Below are positions 9,914 through 19,959 of a stretch of 64,000 nt of DNA, piece by piece. Made by a program: the position numbers and the translations under genes. This stretch comes from a virus (lineage: Duplodnaviria; Caudoviricetes): IMG/VR virus record IMGVR_UViG_3300027715_000011, positions 1 to 64,000 of that record; one strand, given 5' to 3'. Below the pieces are notes generated by a model. The model searched no databases. It was not told the DNA's origin and was given only the letters and a program-made list of their open reading frames with translations. Positions within the stretch are counted from its first letter, which is position 1. Every line of letters begins with the position of its first letter.

Positions 9914-10831
9914 ATGCATCGGGTGCCGCTCATACAGAAGATAACGCTGGATCTCACGTCAAACAGATTAAAAATAATAGATCTATCAGAAGCAGCCAAT
10001 AAGGTATATCTTGATCCCGGACAGGCTGCACCTCAGGGTACTGCAGTTCAGACCGGCCCTCATGGAGGAAAGTTCTACATATCTCAGATGATGGGGAAAC
10101 TTGTGCGTGAAGCCGGTGAGTTTAAAAAGAAGTCAGCCGAGGAGATGAAGGATCCAAATCACGGGAAGGAGGTCATCCATGACGACCCATATAATATCCA
10201 GGGATGGGATATCGCTACCGTTGATCCACGACTTGATACTGATATAAGTAAGTCATACCCGTCTGCTATTGTAAAGCGTGCAACCATACAGCGGCTTGAA
10301 CAGATTAAGAGCGTTGAACCTGAAATGACTCAGACTATGCAGGATATAGCACAGGTCTGTAAAGGTACCATGGCAGGACTTGACTTCAGACTCAAATCCC
10401 CGGAGTCTACATTACGTAAAGTATATGAGAAGATCAATGAGTGCCCATACTATGATCCTGAAAATGCTGTAAAGAACCTGAAGGATCTGGTCAGATATAC
10501 CATCCTGTTTGAGCCTGACACCTATACCGATGGGGTGAAAGGTGCTATTGATCTCATGGGGAAGCATGGGTTCGAACCGGTAGCGGTAAAGAACTACTGG
10601 GGATCTCCCGGGTATCATGGGATCAATTGTAACTTCAAGAATAAAGATGGGGTTGTGTTTGAGCTCCAGTTCCATACGCCACAGTCAATAGATATCAAAG
10701 AGGCCAAATCCCATCCATTATATGAGAAGTTACGCACATCGAAAGATCCGAAAGTTATTAATGAGATTAGCAACCAAATATCACAGTTGTGGGAGTCTGT
10801 AACCAAACCATCAGGAGCTGAATCAATATGA
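9914..10831 (+). CDS. RelA/SpoT-like (small alarmone synthetase-type) toxin domain with N-terminal shared motif
   Basis: C-terminal RLKSPES.LRK, DLVRYT, GYHGIN and ELQFHT match the synthetase motifs; N-terminus carries KVYLDPGQAAPQGTAVQTGPHGGKFY. Confidence 0.8.
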   Translation: MHRVPLIQKITLDLTSNRLKIIDLSEAANKVYLDPGQAAPQGTAVQTGPHGGKFYISQMMGKLVREAGEFKKKSAEEMKDPNHGKEVIHDDPYNIQGWDIATVDPRLDTDISKSYPSAIVKRATIQRLEQIKSVEPEMTQTMQDIAQVCKGTMAGLDFRLKSPESTLRKVYEKINECPYYDPENAVKNLKDLVRYTILFEPDTYTDGVKGAIDLMGKHGFEPVAVKNYWGSPGYHGINCNFKNKDGVVFELQFHTPQSIDIKEAKSHPLYEKLRTSKDPKVINEISNQISQLWESVTKPSGAESI

Positions 10832-11085
10832 TCACGTATTACGCAGGATATGAGGAGGGTGCTCCACAGGATATGGAACACCTCATCACGGTTGTCAAGT
10901 TTGATCCTGACGGTGAGTATGCATGTACCAGGTATGACTGGAGGGTAAAGCAGTTTGTATGGGATGAGTTTACACCTAAATATATGATGCATGCTGCTCC
11001 TATGGCTCCTATAGGAGAGGAAGATGTGCAGAATTACATCTCATATATCGATAATCGTGGCGCAGCGGTCCACCCTGAACAGTAA
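10828..11085 (+). CDS. Probable cognate immunity protein
   Basis: 85-aa acidic/aromatic ORF coupled to the toxin stop by an ATGA overlap; C-terminal IGEEDVQNYI. Confidence 0.55.
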   Translation: MITYYAGYEEGAPQDMEHLITVVKFDPDGEYACTRYDWRVKQFVWDEFTPKYMMHAAPMAPIGEEDVQNYISYIDNRGAAVHPEQ

Positions 11086-11117
11086 CCCTCTTTTACTCTC
11101 CTCTCCAAGTAGTATGT

Positions 11118-11849
11118 ATGTGTACAATCAATCTTGGCGGTCTTGTTTCATTATCTACGGTTGACTGGACAGGTTTAGCATCATGCGTTGTCTTCTTCAG
11201 GGGCTGTTCTGCACAATGCTGGTACTGCCATAACAAAGAGATCTGCACCGGTGAAGATATCAGGGATATCCATGAGATTGAGAAGTTTATCAGATCTGCA
11301 TCGTTTATGATATCAGGAGTGGTGTTCTCTGGGGGAGAATGCACCGAGCAGCCAGATGCATTGTACAAACTCTGCCGTGTATCACGATCTATCGGCCTTA
11401 AAACCAGCATCCATACAAACGGATTACAGCCTGATGTTATTCAGTACCTTATCCGTAAGAACCTTATAGACCATATATCCCTTGATATAAAGACTGCACC
11501 ATTACGGTATGAATGGCTTACACAGGTTGTAGATTCAGAAGAGTTGATACGCGAGTCTATGAAGATCTGTTTCAATGCCAGGAATAAGATCGATATCGAG
11601 TGTATCACTACTATGGTTCCTGATATGCAGCAATGGTTATCAAGTATAAGAGCGTGTATTCCTGAAGATGTGAAATGGGTGTTACAACAGTCCCGGGTAG
11701 CAAGTAAGGTGTATCCGGTAGGGATGCTTCTTGAACTTGGTGAACAGTATCATACGTATATTAGATCAGGAGAGACCGGTGAGATCTCCCCTGAACAGAT
11801 CAGCAACCTACCTCACAAAATACCAGGGCTTCCGGTTCTGGAGCAGTAA
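11118..11849 (+). CDS. nrdG: Anaerobic RNR activating radical-SAM enzyme
   Basis: SLSTVDWTG...VVFFRGCSAQCWYCHN (CxxxCxxC), VVFSGGE, IHTNG, SLDIKT. Confidence 0.9.
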   Translation: MCTINLGGLVSLSTVDWTGLASCVVFFRGCSAQCWYCHNKEICTGEDIRDIHEIEKFIRSASFMISGVVFSGGECTEQPDALYKLCRVSRSIGLKTSIHTNGLQPDVIQYLIRKNLIDHISLDIKTAPLRYEWLTQVVDSEELIRESMKICFNARNKIDIECITTMVPDMQQWLSSIRACIPEDVKWVLQQSRVASKVYPVGMLLELGEQYHTYIRSGETGEISPEQISNLPHKIPGLPVLEQ

Positions 11850-12035
11850 AAAGAGCGGTGTTCACAAACAGTACATTCCGGGTATCCTTCAGTTGAGCAG
11901 TGACCCGGTCCAAAACTTCTTGCATGTCGGTGTCATATCCCCGATACCAAACCCTCTGATAGCCCGGTGAGACCAGCCATACCATTACAGTCCAATCCAA
12001 ATATATGGAATCTGAAATACTCTACAGTTATACTC

Positions 12036-13349
12036 GTGAACTACCCCTCCCTGCAACATACTGTTGCGAGAATGGGGCTTCCTGCTTCACGGATCGATGC
12101 ATTCTTGCAAGCAACAATGTCTGACTCAATCTCCACAGGCTCACCGGGCAGATCCTGCCCTGTATTCTGTTTTAGTAACGCAAATCGTTTAATATTGATA
12201 GCAGCATTGATGTCCCGATCATGAACAGATCCACAATCAGGACAAATCCACTCTCGTTCTTTAAGGGTTAATCCTTTGTTGTGGTATCCACATCTACTGC
12301 ATATTTTAGATGATGGATCAAACCTACCGATAGTTAACAAGGTCTTTCCAAACTTCTCACATTTATAAGTGAGCATAGTTCTAAACTCTGACCAAGAGGC
12401 ATCAGCAATATGTTTAGCAAGTTTATGATTCTTCAGCATACCAGATACATTCAGATCTTCAATTGCGATTGCTTGGTTCTCGCTTACTAATTTAAAAGAA
12501 AGTTTGTGCAAGAAGTCTGATCTTTGGTTCGCTATGTCTTCATGACACTTAGCTAATTTACGAATTGCTTTCTTTCGATTATTTGATCCTTTTACTTTTC
12601 TGGATACTGATTGCTGCAGTTTCTTGAGTTTTGCTGAAGTCTTTTTCAGAATTCTTGGGTTTTCAATCTTGGTTCCATCAGATAGAATTGCAAAATGGGT
12701 TAACCCTACATCTATCCCTACAGTAGTATCAAATGTAAATGGTCCTAGTTCAGGAGTTGGTTTTCCATCATCTACCAGAACCGATATAAAATACTTACCA
12801 GTAATAGTTCGTGACACTGTACAGGTTTTAATTTCACCTGCAAAATATCTGTGAAGTTTACACCTTACTTTACCTATCTTTGGAAGTTGAACTGAACCTT
12901 TAATCCAATCTATCTTTACACCTTGAGGGAACTGGAAGGACTGAATAGAATTCTTTTTAGATTTGAACTTTGGAAACCCTTTCTTTTCCTTAAAGAACTT
13001 AGTGAATGCATTATCAAGATTGCGGGAAGCCATTTGCAATGCTTGAGAATGTACTTCTGATAGGAAAGGATACTCAATCTTCAAAGCAGGTAACATCTTG
13101 TTCAAAGCAAAACATGATAATGTTTTGCTGTGCTCTGCGTAATGTTTGATCTTCTTCTCAAGAAACAAGTTGTACACAAACCTACAGCATCCGATGTGTT
13201 TCTCAATACTTTCTTTCTGAACCGTATTGGGATACAACCTATACTTGTAGGCATGTAACATACTAATTAATTATACTTACAGATATTTATAGTTATATGT
13301 AAGCAGCAATCATCTCCTCCCTGTCACCGAGGAAGGGTCTTATTGAGCA
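12036..13349 (-). mobile_element. tnpB-only IS200/IS605-family (IS1341-like) element 1
   Basis: Right end GAAGCCCC...GGGGTAGTTCAC ends at 12036. Left-end hairpin at about 13308-13340, preceded on the minus strand by TTTAT (13354-13350). Confidence 0.85.
12041..13261 (-). CDS. tnpB: TnpB RNA-guided endonuclease
   Basis: AYKYRLYP HTH, VGIDVGL, IAIEDL, Zn ribbon CSRCG/CPDCG, DRDINAAINI; RuvC residues intact. Confidence 0.95.
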   Translation of the reverse strand: MLHAYKYRLYPNTVQKESIEKHIGCCRFVYNLFLEKKIKHYAEHSKTLSCFALNKMLPALKIEYPFLSEVHSQALQMASRNLDNAFTKFFKEKKGFPKFKSKKNSIQSFQFPQGVKIDWIKGSVQLPKIGKVRCKLHRYFAGEIKTCTVSRTITGKYFISVLVDDGKPTPELGPFTFDTTVGIDVGLTHFAILSDGTKIENPRILKKTSAKLKKLQQSVSRKVKGSNNRKKAIRKLAKCHEDIANQRSDFLHKLSFKLVSENQAIAIEDLNVSGMLKNHKLAKHIADASWSEFRTMLTYKCEKFGKTLLTIGRFDPSSKICSRCGYHNKGLTLKEREWICPDCGSVHDRDINAAINIKRFALLKQNTGQDLPGEPVEIESDIVACKNASIREAGSPILATVCCREG

Positions 13350-13385
13350 ATAAACTATAAACCTGTTTATACAAAATAAGTAGAT

Positions 13386-14042
13386 ATGCGAAAATGCTCA
13401 GCCTGCGGAAAGAATATAGGAGAGAAAGGCAAAGGTAATCTCTGCAAAATTCATTATAACCGGCAGAAACAGTATGGAAACCCGTATATTCACTTCATGA
13501 AGCAGCCGAATGGTAATCTTCATGTGCTAGTAGATGACCGGCTACAACCAGGCCAGACTGAACAGACCAGGCAAGGTACTGCATTTGCAAAAGAGGATAT
13601 TGATACTGTTACAGCAGATCAGATACGACAAGGAAAGAGGGTTAAAGTAATGTTTCTCGATCGGTTACCAAAACAGTATGATGTTCATGAAGTACTCTCA
13701 AAGACCAGGTTCGATCTCACCAAGGATGAGGGTGACCGGTTCGGTATGGTAGACTTTGACGGTAACCTAGTGAATATGGCATCTGACCGGTACAAGTGTT
13801 TCTCTCTTCACGGAACCACATGCATGACCTGCGGGCTGAAAGGGCGATACTTCTACCTTGAGAAGACGCAGATAGAAGCCAAACGGTATCACTTCAACCT
13901 GTATGGGGTGAACGATCACGGCGAAGAGATCCTTGTCACCAAAGACCATATCATCCCAAAGTCAAAAGGAGGATCTGATTCTATTGATAACTATCAGACT
14001 ATGTGTAAACCTTGTAACGAGATGAAGGGAAACGATCTATAA
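13386..14042 (+). CDS. HNH endonuclease with N-terminal Zn motif
   Basis: CMTCG...[31 protein letters not shown]. Confidence 0.85.
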   Translation: MRKCSACGKNIGEKGKGNLCKIHYNRQKQYGNPYIHFMKQPNGNLHVLVDDRLQPGQTEQTRQGTAFAKEDIDTVTADQIRQGKRVKVMFLDRLPKQYDVHEVLSKTRFDLTKDEGDRFGMVDFDGNLVNMASDRYKCFSLHGTTCMTCGLKGRYFYLEKTQIEAKRYHFNLYGVNDHGEEILVTKDHIIPKSKGGSDSIDNYQTMCKPCNEMKGNDL

Positions 14043-14134
14043 TCCACGGAGTTGAAGAACCGCGTGTAGCAACTGCAGCACGTGGTTCTATACAAAATAA
14101 TTATCTATATAAGTATTCCTGATAATACTTATAT

Positions 14135-15148
14135 ATGAGAAAGTTAGCATCGGTTCAGAAGATATTATCAGTAGATCCACATCCTAATGCTGATACTCTT
14201 GATATTGCTACCATAGAGGGATGGCATTGTATTGTTAAGAAGGGTGACTTTAATGCCGGGGATCTCTGTATATTCTTTGAAGTAGATTCAGTTCTTCCTG
14301 ATACGAATCCTGTATTTGCATTTCTTGAGAAGTATCATTACCGCATCAGAACTCAGAAGCTCAGAGGATTTATAAGCCAGGGATTATGTATGCCCGTCTC
14401 TCTCATTCCTGATGAACTTGTTGAGGAAGGATCTGATGTCACTGATGTTCTTGGTGTAACCAAGTATGAGCCGCCTATCCATGAGAGTTTACGTGGACTG
14501 GTAAAAGGTAATTTCCCTGCGTTTATGCACAAAACGGATGAGATCCGCGTCCAAAATATTCAAGGCGTTCTCAACCGGTATAAAGGAGAGAACTTTACTA
14601 TATCAGAGAAGCTTGATGGAATGAGCTTCACATGCTACCTCCATGATAACGAGTTTGGTATCTGCTCCCGTAATATGGATCTTAAACCTGATGAGAATAA
14701 TAGTATGTGGAAGACTGCACGATCCTATGACTATGAGAGTATACTCAGGCATTATTACGAGATGCATGGTGTTGAACTTGCATTCCAAGGTGAGATCATT
14801 GGGTATAACATTGCAAAGAACCCGTATAAACTCCCATCCGGAGAACACAGGATCTATCTCTTCAACATCTTTGATATCACCAACCAAAAGTACTGGAGCA
14901 ATGTTGAAGTGCTGAAGTTCTGCCTTGAGAACTGCATCCTCATGGTTCCGATCATTGATATGGAGTTTCAGCTTATTACTGACATCGATGCACTGTCTGA
15001 TATGGCTGACGGGAAGTCTATGATCAACCATGATGTGAGACGTGAAGGCCTGGTGTTCAGACCGATAAAAGAGATGTATGATTATGAGATAGGAAGACTG
15101 TCATTTAAGTCGGTGAGCAAAGAATATCTGCTCAAACACGACTCTTAA
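14135..15148 (+). CDS. ATP-dependent RNA ligase, Rnl2/DRB0094 type with N-terminal tRNA-binding-like OB fold
   Basis: MRKLASVQKI...HPNAD.L, motif I EKLDGMS, FQGEIIG, REGLVFR, FKSVSKEYLL. Confidence 0.9.
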   Translation: MRKLASVQKILSVDPHPNADTLDIATIEGWHCIVKKGDFNAGDLCIFFEVDSVLPDTNPVFAFLEKYHYRIRTQKLRGFISQGLCMPVSLIPDELVEEGSDVTDVLGVTKYEPPIHESLRGLVKGNFPAFMHKTDEIRVQNIQGVLNRYKGENFTISEKLDGMSFTCYLHDNEFGICSRNMDLKPDENNSMWKTARSYDYESILRHYYEMHGVELAFQGEIIGYNIAKNPYKLPSGEHRIYLFNIFDITNQKYWSNVEVLKFCLENCILMVPIIDMEFQLITDIDALSDMADGKSMINHDVRREGLVFRPIKEMYDYEIGRLSFKSVSKEYLLKHDS

Positions 15149-15441
15149 TTTATTTTATCAGTTCTTTTCGTATACATTATATCATCAAGTCTTTCATAGA
15201 TAGATGATAACTCAATTTTTAATGCCTCGTTATATACTTCAAGATATTTAACCCGATCTGATAGATCAACCGATTCCTCATTATATCCAAGAGGATTCCA
15301 ATTTGGAATAAACTTACCTTTGATGAATATCCCATCATCGTCAACAGTTCCAAATGCAATAATATTACCGGTACTCTTATATCTACGTCTTCCTAATGAT
15401 TGAACTTCATGTCCGGCTGTAATACCTTCATACGTTGCCAT
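15145..15441 (-). CDS. Hypothetical protein
   Basis: 98-aa ORF in the minus-strand block. Confidence 0.55.
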   Translation of the reverse strand: MATYEGITAGHEVQSLGRRRYKSTGNIIAFGTVDDDGIFIKGKFIPNWNPLGYNEESVDLSDRVKYLEVYNEALKIELSSIYERLDDIMYTKRTDKIN

Positions 15442-15468
15442 AATTATAGTATTGATATGTGAAGATAA

Positions 15469-16860
15469 TTAATCTTCTGTATATCTGAGTTCATCAGAAG
15501 TAGTCTCATCACCACCCTCATCTTCATCTTTGAAATCATCTTCTTTTATATCAGACGGGGCGCCGGGCCATCTCTCATCTATAGCGGTAAACTTCAAGTC
15601 ATTCAATGATATTGGCTCAAAATCAACCTCTTCTGTTTTTGGATCGCAGGTTACGATACTCCCATTGGATCCCATATAGAGAACATATGGCTTGAGATAA
15701 TCAGGAACCCGTGACATGTCATTCCCGGGAGCAGCCTTTAATATATCTTTTATTCTATCAAGAGGGAATCCTTCTTCACTATAAAATAATGCAGCTGAAT
15801 TAGCAGTTTTTGCATTAGGTTTCTTCTTAAATGCTGCATCCATTACAGGTTTGGTTGCTGCGTAGATCTTGTCATTAAACTCCTGATATGTGAGCAGTTT
15901 ACCGGTATCATTGTTTATAACCTCTCCTACATCGGTAAATGATATCGTATCTATAATTGGAGATATTGCTTTACTCAATGCGTTAGATGAATCATTAAAC
16001 ATTCCCTGTATAGTAGCAAATACGGTAATAGGTTTTGTTTTATCAGATGTACTAAGATCACCTATCTCACCCATCTCTTCAGTAATTCCATCAACAATAT
16101 TCTTGTAATGGTTTCTTGGTATTGAGTTTATTCTGTTCTCGATATTGAGATCGTCATTTCCTTTTATATACGTATAGCCTGGTTTTAGTACACTCCGTAT
16201 ATTCTTATATTTTGATATACTCTCTTTATATCTTTCTAATACAGGCATTGCTTTATCATATTTGGGATCATCAACGATATTTTCAATGCATATGTTTATA
16301 TTATTTGTATAATTAGAAACGATCCCCTCAAGTAATTTCATACCTTGCATATCATTGATACCGATCTGCTGCATTAATTGTTCGGTATCATTTGGATTCT
16401 TCTTCAGCTCATCGATGAGGTATTGTGCATGTGCCTGTTTCATTGCATCCTTTTTACTGGCTACATCCATCCAGTCAGGAGCGTCATACCTATTCCAGTG
16501 ATCATACTCATCAAGTTTGTCAATATCATGAGGATCTTTTAATGCTTTTATATGGTCAGGTATCTCGGTTGGTAATGAGGCATGAGTTGCTTTACCGCTA
16601 TATGATTTATCATAATATGGACTGTTATGATCAGGATTCTCTTTAACTTTCTTTAAATATTCTAATCTATCATTGAGGATATCCTGTCTTGTATTTAGAG
16701 TGAGATCAGGTTTACTACTGTATGGGATCTCATAGAACTCCCCTCCATGAGGGCCGGTCTGAACGTTCACGCCTTTTGGCGCTTTATGATACTCATCCAG
16801 ATAGATCTTATGCATAGCAAGATCCAGAACAATCTTCCTCATGACGCGAATATAATCCAT
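15469..16860 (-). CDS. Hypothetical 463-aa protein with N-terminal shared motif
   Basis: VLDLAMHKIYLDEYHKAPKGVNVQTGPHGGEFY at the N-terminus; acidic C-terminal tail. Confidence 0.8.
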   Translation of the reverse strand: MDYIRVMRKIVLDLAMHKIYLDEYHKAPKGVNVQTGPHGGEFYEIPYSSKPDLTLNTRQDILNDRLEYLKKVKENPDHNSPYYDKSYSGKATHASLPTEIPDHIKALKDPHDIDKLDEYDHWNRYDAPDWMDVASKKDAMKQAHAQYLIDELKKNPNDTEQLMQQIGINDMQGMKLLEGIVSNYTNNINICIENIVDDPKYDKAMPVLERYKESISKYKNIRSVLKPGYTYIKGNDDLNIENRINSIPRNHYKNIVDGITEEMGEIGDLSTSDKTKPITVFATIQGMFNDSSNALSKAISPIIDTISFTDVGEVINNDTGKLLTYQEFNDKIYAATKPVMDAAFKKKPNAKTANSAALFYSEEGFPLDRIKDILKAAPGNDMSRVPDYLKPYVLYMGSNGSIVTCDPKTEEVDFEPISLNDLKFTAIDERWPGAPSDIKEDDFKDEDEGGDETTSDELRYTED

Positions 16861-16884
16861 TAGAAAAGAATGGGTGGTGATCCA

Positions 16885-17619
16885 TTAAAATACTGGATCT
16901 GGTGTGATAGGTACAATAGCATTAAAGATAACATCAACCTGGTTTGAGATGGTTGATAACTGGGGAAGATATACTCGCATGTACTTCCGCCTGATCGTAC
17001 CATTGATCTGCACCGGTCTCTTCAGGATATAGGTACCTCTCTTTTCAGCAGGGGTGAGATCATTCCAGTTGATCCCTTTTTGATACAGCATCTCATGGAG
17101 ATCAGGTATCTTCTTGTATGCCAGTTCCTTTGGAGAGTAATGAGCCCGGGCAACCATCTGAATTGAGTTCTTTGCAGCATCAGACTCCCTCCATATGAGT
17201 ACATTAACAGCCTCCATCAGGGTTGGAACCTGGAATGCTCGACAGTCGAACCATCCCAGTTTCTGCCTACCCATATACTGATTGAATTTTGCAGATGCTA
17301 ATCCTGCCAGTGTTGAGACGATCTTGTGTACCTTTCCATCAAAGTAGATCTGCTTCTCATGATCATCAGAGTACAGAATAAGGGTGATCTCATCAGACTG
17401 TGTATACGCCATCACCGCACATGACTCTTCTGCAACGTCCATAGCAGTTCTGATCATGGCATCCATGAACCCTACATCAAATGGCCGGTCAAGTCCCCTG
17501 GTATATGAGTGGAATGACTTCCCATCTATTCGTACGATTACTGGAAGCCGCGGGATGAACTTCTGATCTGTTGTTACTGACTCGTATCGTTTGATCCGAT
17601 CACCGAACGCATCCTTCAT
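16885..17619 (-). CDS. thg1: Thg1-like 3'-5' polymerase (tRNA-His guanylyltransferase family)
   Basis: VIVRIDGKSFHSYT..L.RPFD, AYTQSDEITL, FDCRAF, WRE.DA.KNSI. Confidence 0.95.
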   Translation of the reverse strand: MKDAFGDRIKRYESVTTDQKFIPRLPVIVRIDGKSFHSYTRGLDRPFDVGFMDAMIRTAMDVAEESCAVMAYTQSDEITLILYSDDHEKQIYFDGKVHKIVSTLAGLASAKFNQYMGRQKLGWFDCRAFQVPTLMEAVNVLIWRESDAAKNSIQMVARAHYSPKELAYKKIPDLHEMLYQKGINWNDLTPAEKRGTYILKRPVQINGTIRRKYMRVYLPQLSTISNQVDVIFNAIVPITPDPVF

Positions 17620-17864
17620 AATGAGACCTCTTTCGGCTGTGCATCAAGGATACAGTAGATCTCACCCATACGACTCTTTACCGTTGTTACCGGGAGTCTC
17701 GTTGCTTTTGTGATGTCACTCATTGAGATGAGTGGCGTGATCTTTACGCCTGGAACTGTCTGCGGGTAGATGATCCGTGTCTTCATTCCTGCCTTATTCA
17801 TGTCGTTCATAAACTTATGAATGGCATCTGCTTTAATCATACAAAATAATTGTGTGTAAGACAA
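17616..17864 (-). CDS. Hypothetical protein
   Basis: ORF overlaps the thg1 start. Confidence 0.5.
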   Translation of the reverse strand: MSYTQLFCMIKADAIHKFMNDMNKAGMKTRIIYPQTVPGVKITPLISMSDITKATRLPVTTVKSRMGEIYCILDAQPKEVSL

Positions 17865-17875
17865 AATAAATCTTT

Positions 17876-18568
17876 CTATAATCGCTCTATGGTAGGTTCA
17901 GGCATCCATGACTTGTATGCTTCACCCATATCAATAAGCCACCATTTACCATTGATATCCTTCATGTAATCGACAGACCAGTCAACGGTATCAAGTCTGG
18001 GGAGTTTCATGCACAGTCTTACGTTATCGGTATACTTATTGAGCAGATCCTCTTCCTCCTGTGTAATGGTGTTTATTGCGTTGAGATAATACGTAGGAAT
18101 GATATAGGTACCGTCATTCACAGACATATTGTTCCAGTACGGCATCCCTTTGTATATCACATCCTCTATGATGAAGTATCTCCGTTCACTCCCTACAGGA
18201 AGGCCGTTCATGAGTTTTTCGGTACCGTTTGACTTGATAAACTTCCTGATGCATATTGCCTCTACCGGTTTCTCTTCCTCAAATGATGATGCTACCAGTT
18301 TTACCAAATTATTGAAGAGATCATCCTGCGTTCTCACGATGCATACACCATCAAACTTTGCAGAATAGTATGCAGTCCTCATAAAACACGGATATCCTAC
18401 ATCAACCGCTGCCTGATGGATTGCTCTAATCTTTTTACCTACAGTCCAGTACTCAGGTGATAACAGTCTGATACAGTCTTTATGAGAGAATGGTATGATG
18501 ATAGTTTCAGGTTGTGGTACATCCGATAATATGCAAGGATACCACTCCTCCAATGATGTCGGGTTCAT
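17876..18568 (-). CDS. ATP-grasp-fold protein (tentative)
   Basis: CFMRT...SAK, ERRYFI and WSVDYM.....WWLIDMGE resemble ATP-grasp motifs. Confidence 0.5.
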   Translation of the reverse strand: MNPTSLEEWYPCILSDVPQPETIIIPFSHKDCIRLLSPEYWTVGKKIRAIHQAAVDVGYPCFMRTAYYSAKFDGVCIVRTQDDLFNNLVKLVASSFEEEKPVEAICIRKFIKSNGTEKLMNGLPVGSERRYFIIEDVIYKGMPYWNNMSVNDGTYIIPTYYLNAINTITQEEEDLLNKYTDNVRLCMKLPRLDTVDWSVDYMKDINGKWWLIDMGEAYKSWMPEPTIERL

Positions 18569-18829
18569 TTACTGACCAAACGCATACCCTTTCATTTGTT
18601 TATACATATCATCGGTGATATTATACACGAAATAGTATTCAGTATTATTACTGCAGTTGAAATGTCCCATATAACTAATATCAGGATACCATTCATGTGC
18701 TGTTAACGATATATTATCTCCGGTAATGTTGTAATACGCCTTATTATCCTCGTTCTGGTAATCATATACGTGAAGTATCAAACTTGAGAACACCAATAAT
18801 GCCAGTACAGTATTAAAACAATTATGCAT
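18569..18829 (-). CDS. Small membrane-anchored or secreted protein
   Basis: N-terminal hydrophobic helix and several N-x-S/T sequons. Confidence 0.55.
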   Translation of the reverse strand: MHNCFNTVLALLVFSSLILHVYDYQNEDNKAYYNITGDNISLTAHEWYPDISYMGHFNCSNNTEYYFVYNITDDMYKQMKGYAFGQ

Positions 18830-18882
18830 ATATAATATTTATCTCCATAATCAATAAATCTTATGGATAATATACACTTATT

Positions 18883-19065
18883 ATGCAATGCCCTAATTGT
18901 GGTTCTTTAAATATTCGCTGTTACGCTGGACCTGCTGTAACATGTCCTGATTGTAATTATACCCATACATTCACCCATGATGAAATGTTTGTAGATCCTA
19001 TATCATCAGCATCTGATGATAGATTAATCACTGAGATGGTGTCTCGCGGGTATACGGTGGCTTAA
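18883..19065 (+). CDS. Small Zn-ribbon protein
   Basis: CPNCGS...CPDC. Confidence 0.6.
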   Translation: MQCPNCGSLNIRCYAGPAVTCPDCNYTHTFTHDEMFVDPISSASDDRLITEMVSRGYTVA

Positions 19066-19332
19066 ATGTCTGATACCGCATTCCATGACTTCTTTGGGCG
19101 TGAGATACATATCGGAGATTACTGTGCTTTTGTCGGCGCAGAGATGGGTAAAATTGCTATTGTAAAGGTGGTATCTCTGTCTGAAAGAATAGGGATCAGA
19201 TCATACCGGGATTGTTGGCGCACTCCAGAGATAGGTAAACCAGGGTTTACTCCATATGGTCATCGGTTGATAATTGCAAACGATCTTGTAAAGGATGAGA
19301 TCAAGCAGGTCTTTAAGAAGAATGGTGCATAA
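19066..19332 (+). CDS. Hypothetical protein
   Basis: DFFGREIHIGD-type viral ORF directly after the preceding stop. Confidence 0.6.
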   Translation: MSDTAFHDFFGREIHIGDYCAFVGAEMGKIAIVKVVSLSERIGIRSYRDCWRTPEIGKPGFTPYGHRLIIANDLVKDEIKQVFKKNGA

Positions 19333-19946
19333 TGTATTCTTTATTGATTTGCGATTGTCCATGGTCGTACAATGATAAAGCTTCTGCAGGGAATCGCGGC
19401 GCAGAGTTTAAATATCCGTGCATGCCTTTACAAGATTTAGCTAATATGGACACGTATATTGATTCTATTGCACATAATGACTCGGTATTGTATATGTGGA
19501 CAACCGGCCCCATGATGCCAGAAGCGATCACATTAATGGCTGCATGGCATTATACATACAAAACTATAGCATTTACCTGGATCAAGACCAACAAGAATCC
19601 ATGTGGGAAAGATGATAATTTCAGGCCTATGTTTCTTGAGACCTATGAGGATCTCAACCATAATATCATAACAGTGGGAGATTTCATGTCTATGGGAAAC
19701 CATACGCGGAGCAATGCTGAGTTTGTACTGCTTGGAATCCGTGGAAAGGGAGTGAAACGTGTGAGTGCGTCGGTGCGATCTACTATTATATCACCGGTAC
19801 GTGAGCACTCCAGAAAGCCAGACGAGATCTTCTCGCGCCTTGATACATTATACGGCGATATTCCAAAAATTGAGTTATTCTCACGTGAGAAAAGGCCTGG
19901 ATGGGATCAACACGGGAACCAGACCGAAATGTTTAATACAAATTAA
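19332..19946 (+). CDS. MT-A70 family N6-adenine methyltransferase
   Basis: LLICDCPWSY (DPPW-like), LYMWTT, FTWIK, HSRKPD, KIELFSRE..GWD..GNQ. Confidence 0.9.
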   Translation: MYSLLICDCPWSYNDKASAGNRGAEFKYPCMPLQDLANMDTYIDSIAHNDSVLYMWTTGPMMPEAITLMAAWHYTYKTIAFTWIKTNKNPCGKDDNFRPMFLETYEDLNHNIITVGDFMSMGNHTRSNAEFVLLGIRGKGVKRVSASVRSTIISPVREHSRKPDEIFSRLDTLYGDIPKIELFSREKRPGWDQHGNQTEMFNTN

Positions 19947-19959
19947 TTACCACATTGTA

